Assembly (NCBI GenBank): GCA_963816905.1
Contig: CAWFMQ010000016.1
Location: forward strand, 23,817 to 87,816
Length of the DNA: 64,000 bases
Source: an uncultured Chloroflexia bacterium
Lineage (GTDB): Bacteria > Chloroflexota > Limnocylindria > Limnocylindrales > CSP1-4
Direction of reading: 5' to 3'
A program made the translations under genes and the position numbers. The stretch's first letter is position 1, and every line of letters begins with the position of its first letter. The notes below the pieces were generated by a model. The model was not told where the DNA came from. It saw nothing but the letters and a program-made list of their open reading frames with translations, and made no database searches. Positions 18,613 to 27,962 of the stretch are shown in pieces.

Positions 18613-19875
18613 TCAGATCGTCGCCATCTGCCAGAGCGTCACCGCCACCTCGTACTGGTCGCCCGAGAGCTCCGCCGTCGTCGCCTGGAGGTCGCGGAGC
18701 CGCTCGACCAGGGCTCGCAGCCCGATTTCGCCGGCGCGCTCGAACGGCCCGCGCGGATGCCCGGCTCCGAGCTTCAGGGCAAGATCCACGTCGGGTGCAT
18801 TCGCGACCTCCTCACCGACCGCGCGATAGGCCTCGTTGACGACCGCCAACTCGACGCGCTCGACGGCGGAGGCAGGCCCATCCGTGTCCGCCCTGCCTGC
18901 GCCGGTCCCGACGTCGGGGAGCCGGGCGCCGTCGACGACGAGCGGCTCCTCTGCTCCGAGGATCGATCCGTCCGCGGCGTACCGGTAGAACCCGAGGCCC
19001 GCCTTCCGTCCGAGCCGGCCGGCGGCGACCATCTGTTCCTGGATCGGCGAGGGCCGGAATCTCGGCGCCTCCTGGAAGGCCAGCCAGAGGGTATGCGCCA
19101 GTGCGAGGCTGGTGTCGACGCCGATGCGGTCCATGAGCCGGAACGGTCCCATGGGGTAGCCGGCGCCCTCGATCGCCGCGTCGATCGAGGCGACGTCGCC
19201 GATCCCTGCCTCCAGCATGCGGAGGGGCTCGAGCGTGAAGGCACGATTGACGCGTTCGACGATGAACCCCGGCACGTCCGCGCAGAGCACCGGCGTCCTG
19301 CCCAGTCCGGTCACGAACGACATGCCGGCCTCGACGATCGAGCGCGAGGTCTCGTCCGCCGCGACGACCTCCACCAGCCCTGTCTCGGGTACCGGTTCGA
19401 AGAAATGAAGGCCGAGGACGCGCTCGCGATGGTGCGCCACGTCCGCGATCTCCCCGACGGACAGTGAGCCGGTGTTCGTGGCGAGCGGGACGTCGGGCAG
19501 CGCGTTGGGGTCCAGGTGGCGGAAGATCGACCGCTTGACAGCGAGGTCCTCGACGGCCGCCTCGATGACCAGGTCCACCTCCGCCGCGAGCGCCTCGAGG
19601 GTTCGCACTACCCGCAGCCCCGCCAGCATCGCTGTCTGACTGCCCGATTCGAGTGTCCCCATCTCGACCAGCCGACCGAGGTTCGCCTCGATCGAGGTAC
19701 GCGCACGGGCAACCGCGGCCGGGTCCGGGTCGTGGATGACCACGTCATGCCCGGCCTGCAGGCAGACCTGGGCGATCCCGGTGCCCATGGTGCCGGCGCC
19801 CACCACGCCGACGACGAATGCATCCGGTCGGTTGGACTTCTGCTCGGTCATCGTCCCAGGAACCTCCTCCGACAT
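18613..19875 (-). CDS. 3-hydroxyacyl-CoA dehydrogenase (PaaH-like, duplicated C-terminal domain)
   Basis: GVVGAGTMGTGIA, LVIEAAVEDLAVK, GLHFF, GYPMGPF and LGRKAGLGFY. Confidence 0.9.
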   Translation of the reverse strand: MSEEVPGTMTEQKSNRPDAFVVGVVGAGTMGTGIAQVCLQAGHDVVIHDPDPAAVARARTSIEANLGRLVEMGTLESGSQTAMLAGLRVVRTLEALAAEVDLVIEAAVEDLAVKRSIFRHLDPNALPDVPLATNTGSLSVGEIADVAHHRERVLGLHFFEPVPETGLVEVVAADETSRSIVEAGMSFVTGLGRTPVLCADVPGFIVERVNRAFTLEPLRMLEAGIGDVASIDAAIEGAGYPMGPFRLMDRIGVDTSLALAHTLWLAFQEAPRFRPSPIQEQMVAAGRLGRKAGLGFYRYAADGSILGAEEPLVVDGARLPDVGTGAGRADTDGPASAVERVELAVVNEAYRAVGEEVANAPDVDLALKLGAGHPRGPFERAGEIGLRALVERLRDLQATTAELSGDQYEVAVTLWQMATI

Positions 19876-20708
19876 CAGCGGCCCTTCCACTCCGGCGGAC
19901 GCTTCTCCAGGAATGCCCGCATCCCCTCCTTCTGGTCCTCGGAGGAGAACAGCAGGAAGAAGTTGCGCCGCTCGGCCTCGAGGCCGGCCTCCAGGCTCAG
20001 CTCGAACGCGCGGTTCACGGCTTCCTTGGCAGCGATGACGGCGAGCGGCGGCGCTGCGGCAATCTCCCCGGCCAGGGCAAGTGCAGTCGGCAGTGTTTCG
20101 CCGGCCGGAACCACGCGACTGACGAGGCCGCGCGCCTCCGCCTCGTGGGCCGGCAGGCGTCGCCCGGTGAGGATCATCTCCATCGCCTTCGACTTGCCGA
20201 GGGCGCGCGTCAGGCGTTGCGTGCCCCCGGCCCCGGGGATCACGCCCAGACGGATCTCCGGCTGCCCGAAGACAGCGTCCTCCGCGGCGATGATGATGTC
20301 GCACGCCATGGCCAGTTCGCAGCCGCCGCCCAGGGCGAAGCCGCGCACTGCTGCCACGATCGGCTTGCGGACCCTGCGGATGCGGTCCCAGCGCGCGAAC
20401 GTGTTCGCGGTTGTCAGGCTGACGGGGGTCGCCTCGGCCATCTCCCGGATGTCGGCACCGGCCGCGAACGCCCGTTCGCCGGCACCGGTGATGACGACGC
20501 ACCGGCAGGAATCATCGGCATCGAGGGCCTCGAGCGCCCCGACCAATTCGCGCAGGGTCTCGGCGTCGAGGGCGTTCAGCACCTCGGGACGGTCGATGGT
20601 CAGCAGGGCGACGGCCTCGACCCGATCGCCGGTCGACGGATCGAACGCCGGGTGGTCGACACGCACGCGGGGCTTCGGGTCGCCCGCGACCGAATGGTGC
20701 CCGGTCAT
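19875..20708 (-). CDS. Enoyl-CoA hydratase (PaaF-like)
   Basis: AFAAGADI, GFALGGGCELA and FGQPEIRLGVIPGAGGTQRL. Confidence 0.93.
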   Translation of the reverse strand: MTGHHSVAGDPKPRVRVDHPAFDPSTGDRVEAVALLTIDRPEVLNALDAETLRELVGALEALDADDSCRCVVITGAGERAFAAGADIREMAEATPVSLTTANTFARWDRIRRVRKPIVAAVRGFALGGGCELAMACDIIIAAEDAVFGQPEIRLGVIPGAGGTQRLTRALGKSKAMEMILTGRRLPAHEAEARGLVSRVVPAGETLPTALALAGEIAAAPPLAVIAAKEAVNRAFELSLEAGLEAERRNFFLLFSSEDQKEGMRAFLEKRPPEWKGR

Positions 20709-21055
20709 GCGGCACCCTCGTCGGATCGCGGGTGGCCGGTCGGTTCGGCCGGCCCCAGGACCATGATCGCCATGCTGCCCTCGGCGAGAGCATGGAGACT
20801 GTCGCTCGCCCGCTGCATCTCGTCGCTCGCCATCGCGGCATCCAGCGCCGCCTGGTCGTCGAACGTCATGTGGTTCGCCAGCACGTGACCCGCACCGCTG
20901 AAGTCGGTCGTCACGTGCTGCACCGTCATCGACCGCAATCCCGGGACGGCGGCCATCAGCGGCAGGTGTTCGGCGTGGTAGCGGTCGAGAAAGGTCTCCA
21001 GTGCCTCGTCTCCCCCTTCAGGCCGCCGGAAGAGCGCCAGGAGCGTCACGGCCAT
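20705..21055 (-). CDS. EthD family protein
   Basis: FLDRYHAEHLPLMAAVPGL and MTFDDQAALDAAMASDE pattern. SD GAGGGAG. Confidence 0.85.
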   Translation of the reverse strand: MAVTLLALFRRPEGGDEALETFLDRYHAEHLPLMAAVPGLRSMTVQHVTTDFSGAGHVLANHMTFDDQAALDAAMASDEMQRASDSLHALAEGSMAIMVLGPAEPTGHPRSDEGAA

Positions 21056-21080
21056 GCAGCTTCTCCCTCTCGATCCGTGC

Positions 21081-22166
21081 TCACCAGGTCTCCCACCACT
21101 CCCGGTCGCCGTGGGGTGCCGGGGTCGGTCGTCGGTCACCTTCGGGTTCATCAGCCGTGGGCGGCGACGACGATTCGGGCGACGCGGTCGTTGGGGTCGA
21201 TGGGGTGGCCGGGGTCGATGGGGTCCCGGGGAGTGCGCCCCCCGCCTTCGGGTCCTCCCCAGCCGCCATCCGACCGGCATCGCGGTGGACGCCCGCCGCG
21301 TGACGGCCTGAGGCGCCGCGCTCGGTCAGCCGCGGATCCATGACCACGGCACCGGCTCCGGCCGCGGAGCCCGCGGGAACCGGCAGGTGGCTCGCCCGCG
21401 CCCGGGCGACATCCTCGGTCGACCGCCAGAACCAGGCGGCCGCCGCGTTGAAGATCGACGGCTGGTTGACCATCACCACGTGGCCGCTCCCCGGCACGAT
21501 CAGCAACCGGGAATCGGGAAGCTGACGCTGGAGCGTGACGGCGTGTTCGAGCGGCACGAAGACGTCGCGATCGCCGTAGGCAAGCAGAATCGGCACCCGC
21601 GCAGCCCGCAGTTCTTCGGGCGCCAGGATCGGTTGCCGGCCGACGTCGACGATGACGGCGCGGAGTAGCCGCTTCCAGGCACCGGCGCCCTGGACGGGAC
21701 CGTGCCGCCGCTCGAGGGCTCGCGCCCAGGCAGGCTCCTCGCGCTCGATGCGATCGGGGTCCATGAGCCGTGCCGCCACGCGAGCCCGCGGCTCGCGCTG
21801 CACGTCGACCCCGGCCAGGATCGCCGTCCGAAGCCGCGACGGGTACCGCGACGCGAAGATGAGCGATGTCAGCGCGCCCATCGAGAACCCGCCGAGGTGG
21901 AACGTCTCCAGGCCGACGGCGTCCGCGAATGCCAGCAGATCGTCGACCAGCATGTCGCGCTCGAAACCGTCGGCGGCGTCCCAGCGAGTTCCACCGTGAC
22001 CCCGAGCGTCGACCAGGTACAGCCGGAAAGCCGTTCGGAACGACGGCCGTTGCGCCGCCCAATCCTCTGTCGCGGCGGAGGTGGCGCCGTGGAGCAGCAC
22101 CAGCGGTGGACCGGCGCCCTCCGTGGTGTAGTGAATGTCGAGGCCGTTGGCGCGGATCAGCGGCAT
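21081..22166 (-). CDS. Alpha/beta hydrolase with low-complexity C-terminal tail
   Basis: LLHG, DARGHG, GFSMG nucleophile elbow, GDRD and GSGH. Confidence 0.9.
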   Translation of the reverse strand: MPLIRANGLDIHYTTEGAGPPLVLLHGATSAATEDWAAQRPSFRTAFRLYLVDARGHGGTRWDAADGFERDMLVDDLLAFADAVGLETFHLGGFSMGALTSLIFASRYPSRLRTAILAGVDVQREPRARVAARLMDPDRIEREEPAWARALERRHGPVQGAGAWKRLLRAVIVDVGRQPILAPEELRAARVPILLAYGDRDVFVPLEHAVTLQRQLPDSRLLIVPGSGHVVMVNQPSIFNAAAAWFWRSTEDVARARASHLPVPAGSAAGAGAVVMDPRLTERGASGRHAAGVHRDAGRMAAGEDPKAGGALPGTPSTPATPSTPTTASPESSSPPTADEPEGDRRPTPAPHGDREWWETW

Positions 22167-22185
22167 CGGCGACCTCGGCGGCGCA

Positions 22186-22758
22186 TCACTTCGCGTCCGG
22201 CTTGCCGAGCAGGTCCGCGGTCGCGGCGCGCTCGATGCGGAGATACTGGCGGCGGTAATAGAGCAGCGGCCAGCGCTGGGAATCGCCGGCGCCGAGGTCC
22301 ACCACCCGGCCGATGTGGATGACGTGGTCGCCGGCCTCGACCGTCTGCTCCACGGCGCAATCGACCCACGCGACTGCGGCCTCCAGCACTGGCATGCCGC
22401 CCGTTGAGAGCCGGTACGGGGCGTTGCAGAATGCACTGCGCGGAAGGTGCGACGGCGCGCCGGCGAAGCAGTCGGAGAGGTCCTGGCCGTCCTCGGCGAG
22501 GATGTTGACGGCGAACCGCCGCGTCGCGGCGATGACGGGGAGGATCGACCGCTCCCGGCCGACGGTGATGAGCACGAGCGGCGGGTCGAGCGAGACGGAA
22601 TTGAAGGCGTTCAGCGTGGTCCCGAACGGCCGCGGGCCGGAGCCGTCGTCGGCCATGGTGGTGATCACCGTGATTCCGGTCACGAAGCGGCCCAGCACAT
22701 CCCGGTAGCGATCAGGATCGATCCTCGGTGCGCCCGCCAGCGTGGAAGCGTCCGCCAT
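22186..22758 (-). CDS. Flavin reductase family protein (HpaC-like)
   Basis: LGRFVTGITVIT, SVSLDPPLV and AGDHVIHIGRV. Confidence 0.92.
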   Translation of the reverse strand: MADASTLAGAPRIDPDRYRDVLGRFVTGITVITTMADDGSGPRPFGTTLNAFNSVSLDPPLVLITVGRERSILPVIAATRRFAVNILAEDGQDLSDCFAGAPSHLPRSAFCNAPYRLSTGGMPVLEAAVAWVDCAVEQTVEAGDHVIHIGRVVDLGAGDSQRWPLLYYRRQYLRIERAATADLLGKPDAK

Positions 22759-22832
22759 ACAGTCCGGAGTCTAGTCTGCGCGGCGAGCCGCCACGACCGG
22801 GCCACAAGGGTGGCCTCGAAACCACGCGTGCG

Positions 22833-24383
22833 TCAGCGGATCTCGACCGATGGGGGCGCAGCCGTACCAGGCGACGAACCGTACTGCGTGAGGCTGATCG
22901 TGGCCTGCCAGTGGACGGTGATGACCGCGTCGTTCCCCATCGCCGCCACGCTTCCCGAGACGCCTGCCCTGCCGCCGGCGCTTCCCCCGATGAGCCGTGC
23001 CGAAATCCCCCACCCGTCCGGGCAATTCCTCTGCCACCGCGATCCATCGCAGGCAAACGGATGGTCCACGACCGTCACTGGATCCGAGCCGGTGTTGAGA
23101 TCGAAGAAGTCCCGTCCGCCGATCGTGATGCTCACTGGCACGACCGCGGTGCTTCCCGCCATGTCGGCCCACAACGTGATGGTCGCGGTGGCGTCGTAGT
23201 TCGGACCACCAGGCGTGGACCATTCAGCGGGCGTTGACGCGGAGCCTGCAATCAGGACCCGTGCGTTCGACTGCCCGCCGAACTGCGCGTCGGTCAGCTG
23301 GATCGAGCCTTCGCCGCTGCCGGTCGTGGCCCAGACGGACGGCCGCGGTGTCACATCGATCTGCACAGGGTCCGCGTTGGGGACAGCGCCTCCGACCCAC
23401 GCGTCCGCCTGCCAGTCGAACGTCATGGTGTCGCCGGGATACCGCTCGAGGGTGTTGACCACGAGGACGAACCTCGCGGTGCACGCTTCCTGGCCGGAAC
23501 AGGTCGGCAGGCCGTCGAAGTGGAGATCGACTGCGTTGGCTGCAGGGGTGTCGACCAGTGGGTCGGCCACTCCAACGGCAAAGAGCCGAAGCCGGGCAAT
23601 CGCCAGCCCCGACGGAGCGTCCACCTGCCCCATGATGCCGAGTGAGCCCACGGGTCGCCCCGATCCCACGGCGGTCTGCTGCGGGCCATATCGAACGACG
23701 ATGTCTCGCACGACCGCGGTCGACTCGGACGGCAGCCCCATCGAGTCGATGGTGCTCGCGTACCGGCGGACAACTGCGGCCGGCACCGCCGGGCGGATTG
23801 CAAGGTCGAGTGTGGCACCGGGCGGGATCGACGCAGTGTGACCGTATGTAAGGTGGCCGGTGAAGGTGACTGTGACGTTCCACGGCGGCCCCGCCACAGG
23901 ATCACGTCGGGCCACGACGACGGCGAAGCGGGGCGCAGACGCATACGTTCCAGACCATGAGTACCCGATTGCGTGCCCAAGTTGCGCCGACGGGGTGGAG
24001 CCCGCGCCGCCGGAGATGACGGCGACCCGCTCGCCGGGCGGTGGCTGCACGCCGGTGATCGTCGCCGCGATGCCGTCGATATCGCCGGGAGGCGCGACGG
24101 CAATCTGAACCTGGTACTTGGCCTCGATCGGGACCGAGCCGGAGGTGCCGGCAGCGGGCGGGACCGACTGGACGTCAAGCGCTGCGGGATCCGGTCCCAC
24201 GGCCACCGTGTACGAGGCCGTCGCATCGAGCATGGGCTCCGACACCCCGCGGTCACCCCATTGACTGAGCCCGTTGACGCAGGAGAGCAGGTACAGGCAG
24301 ACGATCGCGCCTGCGATACCCGCCAACGCAAGACAACCACCTCGCATGCCGAGGATGCCTGACTCGAAGGTGCGCTGGGCCAT
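22833..24383 (-). CDS. Hypothetical exported / N-terminally anchored beta-rich protein
   Basis: Long ORF with an N-terminal hydrophobic segment and paired Cys residues. No recognisable family. Confidence 0.65.
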   Translation of the reverse strand: MAQRTFESGILGMRGGCLALAGIAGAIVCLYLLSCVNGLSQWGDRGVSEPMLDATASYTVAVGPDPAALDVQSVPPAAGTSGSVPIEAKYQVQIAVAPPGDIDGIAATITGVQPPPGERVAVISGGAGSTPSAQLGHAIGYSWSGTYASAPRFAVVVARRDPVAGPPWNVTVTFTGHLTYGHTASIPPGATLDLAIRPAVPAAVVRRYASTIDSMGLPSESTAVVRDIVVRYGPQQTAVGSGRPVGSLGIMGQVDAPSGLAIARLRLFAVGVADPLVDTPAANAVDLHFDGLPTCSGQEACTARFVLVVNTLERYPGDTMTFDWQADAWVGGAVPNADPVQIDVTPRPSVWATTGSGEGSIQLTDAQFGGQSNARVLIAGSASTPAEWSTPGGPNYDATATITLWADMAGSTAVVPVSITIGGRDFFDLNTGSDPVTVVDHPFACDGSRWQRNCPDGWGISARLIGGSAGGRAGVSGSVAAMGNDAVITVHWQATISLTQYGSSPGTAAPPSVEIR

Positions 24384-24556
24384 GTCCCAAGAGTGGCATG
24401 CGGCCGAATCGCGCGAGAGGAGCGCAAAGGTCATGGCACTTCAATGCTCCGTGCATCGCGAGAGAATCAGCGGCGACAGAATCCGCCCCTGACGGAGCGA
24501 GCCGATCGGCATGTACCTGGGGCTCGTCGTCGCTCGGCGGTAAGCGAGGTGGCGAT

Positions 24557-24955
24557 ATGGGAACCAACAGCGACGTGGTCGGCCGGCTCTTCGAGTTCAT
24601 CGACAGCGGCCGGCCGGACCGGCGCGCAGAAGTGATGGCGCCGGACGCGGTGCAGCGATGGCCGCAGAGCGGCGAGGTGATGCGCGGCCTGGAGCGGATC
24701 CTGGAGGCGACGCGACGCCGGCCGAGCGTGCCGCACGTCCTCGTCGCCCGGATCATGGACGCCGGCGACAGCGTCACTGCCGAATGGAGCGCCAACTACG
24801 GCGACGGCAAGGTGTGGCGCAACGTCTCCGTGTTTCTGCTCCGCGACGGGAAGATCGTCGAGGAAACCGACTACTTCGGCGACCCATTCCCGGCGCCGGC
24901 CTGGCGCGCTGACCTGGTCGAGATCGAGGAACTCCCGGGCCCGCAGAATCACTGA
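24557..24955 (+). CDS. SnoaL/NTF2-like protein
   Basis: WPQSGEVMRG and RDGKIVEETDYFGDPFPAPAWR. SD GAGG. Confidence 0.88.
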   Translation: MGTNSDVVGRLFEFIDSGRPDRRAEVMAPDAVQRWPQSGEVMRGLERILEATRRRPSVPHVLVARIMDAGDSVTAEWSANYGDGKVWRNVSVFLLRDGKIVEETDYFGDPFPAPAWRADLVEIEELPGPQNH

Positions 24956-25194
24956 CGGATGCGGCTGCGCCGCAGGCTGGCCGTCTCGGCCAGGCGTTGG
25001 GCGTCTTCGGCCCGCGCAACCGACTTTCGCCGACACGTGCCCGCGGCCGTCGCGGCGCTTCGCGCCCGTGGATGCACGGCGAAGGCGGCCGCACGAATGT
25101 CATGGCCCAGCCGACGATCCCGCCCTACCCGCCGAGCGTCGGCCGCCGAACGTGATGGGCAGCAGGTAGCCGACCCATCCTTCCTCAAGGTCGA

Positions 25195-25791
25195 TCACGG
25201 CATGCCAGGCGAAGTGGGTGCCGAACCCCGTGAGCACCGCGTAACGGTCGCCGCCCGGGCGATGATCGCCTCGACAACCTCCGTCTTGGCGTCGGCATAG
25301 TCCTGGACGTAGGCCCACTCGCGGGCCGCCAGTTCGCGTTTCGTGCGCTCGTATAGCTCGCGATCGTCGTCGTGCGTCCGCAGCCAGTCGCGGAAGCCCA
25401 GCATTCGCTCGAACTCGGGGCTGCCGACCGTGTGTACGTGCAGGTTGATGTTCGTGTCGGGACCCTTGAACATGCGGTGCTCGTGCCAGTCGGGCTCGCG
25501 GATGACGAGGACGTAGCCGGCGGTCTCCAACGCCGGCACGTACGCCGCCTCGTCCGCCGAGTCGGGAACCTCCAGGAGCATGTCGATGATCGGCTTGGCA
25601 GCAAGGCCGGGCACGGATGTCGAGCCCACGTGCTCGAGTCGGACCACGGCGGTCCCGAGCGCTCCGCGGACGCGCTCGGCCTCACGCGCGAACAGCCGAG
25701 GCCACGCCGGGTCGTAGTCGACCAGCCGGATCGGGCCTGCGAGTCGCGGCGGCTCGACCAACCATGCAGCGCGGATCTGCTCCTCGGTCAT
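25195..25791 (-). CDS. GrpB family nucleotidyltransferase-fold protein
   Basis: YDPAWP, EHVGSTSVPGLAAKPIID, FRDWLR and YADAK. Confidence 0.9.
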   Translation of the reverse strand: MTEEQIRAAWLVEPPRLAGPIRLVDYDPAWPRLFAREAERVRGALGTAVVRLEHVGSTSVPGLAAKPIIDMLLEVPDSADEAAYVPALETAGYVLVIREPDWHEHRMFKGPDTNINLHVHTVGSPEFERMLGFRDWLRTHDDDRELYERTKRELAAREWAYVQDYADAKTEVVEAIIARAATVTRCSRGSAPTSPGMP

Positions 25792-25831
25792 CGACACGCA
25801 GGAGGGATCGCCCAAGGAAATCCGGTCCCCA

Positions 25832-26042
25832 CTAGTCCACGTCCGCCTTGGGTTCTCGCCGTTCGGGCGGAAGCGTCACCAGCAGTCCTCCGTCCCCGGT
25901 GGGAACCGGGTCGTCCGGGCGGGCATGATGGACAAGCTCCTGGGCTGGCGGCAGGGTCCTGAACACCTGCTGATCGAGGCCGACGAGAGCGCCACCGATC
26001 GCGGTGCCCACTGAGGACCGCTTCCTCGGCACAGTTGGCGTG
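25832..26042 (-). CDS. Small hypothetical protein
   Basis: Plausible ORF (AIGGALVGLDQQVFRTLPPAQELV) in strand context. Start uncertain. Confidence 0.4.
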
Positions 26043-26168
26043 ACCGGGCTCTTCCTCCGGCCGATCCAGCGACCGATCCAGGCAGGTGCGCTCGCTCGGA
26101 GATCCCGTAACCGACCCACGGAGCAGATCATAGGAGCTCAATGTGGCGCGGTGTGCATTGGCATCGGG

Positions 26169-27191
26169 TTACGCCGGCGCCTCCCGCATGCCCGGAGTCC
26201 CGAACAGCCGCTCGTGCGTCCGGATCGCGAACCGGTCCGTCATGCCGGCGACGTAGTCGACGACCTGGGTGATCCGGTCGGCGTCCGTGTCGCGATAGGT
26301 GGATGGGATCTCGTCAGGGTAGAGCAGGTGGTGGTCGACCAGGCGGCGGATGACGTCGATCGCCTCGGCCGTGTGCTCGCGCAGGCCGGGCGCAGAAGTA
26401 GACCCGCTCGAACATGAACTCGCGCAGTTCGTTCATCACCGCCAGCGTGCCTGCGTCCATTGCGACCCGATCGCCGCGCAGGCTCTCCTCGATCACCGCC
26501 TCGATCATTTCGCCGACCCAGAGCCGCCCCGGCTCGCCGAACCGCTCGCGCACCGCGGCGGGGAAGTCGCTCACCGTGAGCACGCCGGCGCGAAGTGCGT
26601 CGAGGGCGTCGTGCGTGAGATAGGCGATCCGATCGCCGAACCGGACGCAGAGCGCCTCCTGCGTCGCGGGCGGCGGCTCGATCCGCCAACTGTGCGCCCG
26701 GATGCCGTCGCGCACCTCCCACGTGAGGTTCAGCGGCTCGAGGACTCGAAGACCCGAACGCTCTGTGCCGCGTGGTGCCATCCGCCGCTCGTCGGGAAGT
26801 AGGGGGCGAGCGCCTCCTCGCCGGTATGCCCGAACGGCGAGTGCCCAACGTCGTGGCCCAGCGCGATCGCCTCTGGCAGCGTCTCGTTCAGGCTCAGCGC
26901 CGCCGCCAGCCCCCGTGCGATCTGCGTCACCTGCAGGGTGTGGGTCAGGCGGGTGACGTAGTGGTCGCCCTCGGGATTGATGAACACCTGCGTCTTGTGC
27001 TTGAGCCGGCGGAACGCCTTGGCGTGCAGGATGCGGTCGCGGTCGCGCTCGAAGGCGGTCCGGAACTCGTCCGGGTCCTCGGGCCGGACCCGGCCGCGTG
27101 AGTCGGCCGCCCGCTTCGCCGCCGGAGCCAGCCGCTCCGCCTCCTCGGCTTCCCGCGCCGGGCGATCCCGCCGAATGAACGCTTTCGCCAC
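26169..27191 (-). CDS. dgt: Deoxyguanosinetriphosphate triphosphohydrolase-like HD protein (two frameshifts)
   Basis: [46 protein letters not shown], then DRIAYLTHD, then [12 protein letters not shown]. Confidence 0.88.
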
Positions 27192-27196
27192 GACGC

Positions 27197-27544
27197 CTAT
27201 GGCTCCAGGATCGACAGGCCCGGCACGGCGTCGAAGTCTCGGCGGTTGCGCGTCACCAGGGACAGCCCGTGCTCGAGCGCCGTGGCTGCGATCAGCGCAT
27301 CGGGCATCCGGATCGGCAGCTGGCGCCGAAGACGCCCCGCATGGACGGCCACCCGCCGCCCGACCGGCAGTTCCACGAACGGCCCGAGCAGGGTGTCGAT
27401 GCGCTCCTCCTCCGACGATCGACCCGCGCTTAGCTCACACCGGGTGATGACGGAGAAGTGGACCGCGTTGGGCCCCGGATCGAGCCGCCGCGCTCCCCGC
27501 AGATGATCGATGAAGACATCCGTGTCGACGAGGACGTCAACCAC
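27197..27544 (-). CDS. vapC: PIN-domain toxin (VapC)
   Basis: [17 protein letters not shown] and LVTRNRRDF. Confidence 0.92.
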   Translation of the reverse strand: MVDVLVDTDVFIDHLRGARRLDPGPNAVHFSVITRCELSAGRSSEEERIDTLLGPFVELPVGRRVAVHAGRLRRQLPIRMPDALIAATALEHGLSLVTRNRRDFDAVPGLSILEP

Positions 27545-27755
27545 GGTCCCACTCATCCCGCGACGGCGCCGTCAGATCCGGCAGCGACCCGAAGGTGGAC
27601 GAGAGCGCGGCATCCTGGTCCGGCGTGGTCGCGAGAAAGAGATCCACCGCATCGCGGACCAGTTCGGCGAGCTTCCGGTGTTCGCGACGGCCCCGCTCAT
27701 CCAGCCGCCGTCTCTGCTCGCTTGTCAGGTAGATCTGTGTGCGTGTCGATGACAT
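27537..27755 (-). CDS. vapB: RHH/CopG antitoxin
   Basis: TRTQIYLT..LAELVRDAVD ribbon-helix-helix. Overlaps vapC. Confidence 0.88.
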   Translation of the reverse strand: MSSTRTQIYLTSEQRRRLDERGRREHRKLAELVRDAVDLFLATTPDQDAALSSTFGSLPDLTAPSRDEWDRG

Positions 27756-27962
27756 ATCCAGCGCAGTATACAGCATGGTGGGCCGCCGGATCCCCGGGTG
27801 CCCTGACCCGGGGCGCAGCTGACCGCCGATGCCGGCCGAGGGATGGCCGGCTTTCGTCCATCCGGCACTTGTCCGGCGCGCGGCCGGATCGTCTGCTTTG
27901 CTCGACGACTCCAGGCCATCCCACTCGAAACCCCATTCGGTTCGATCAACAGGTGCATTGAC

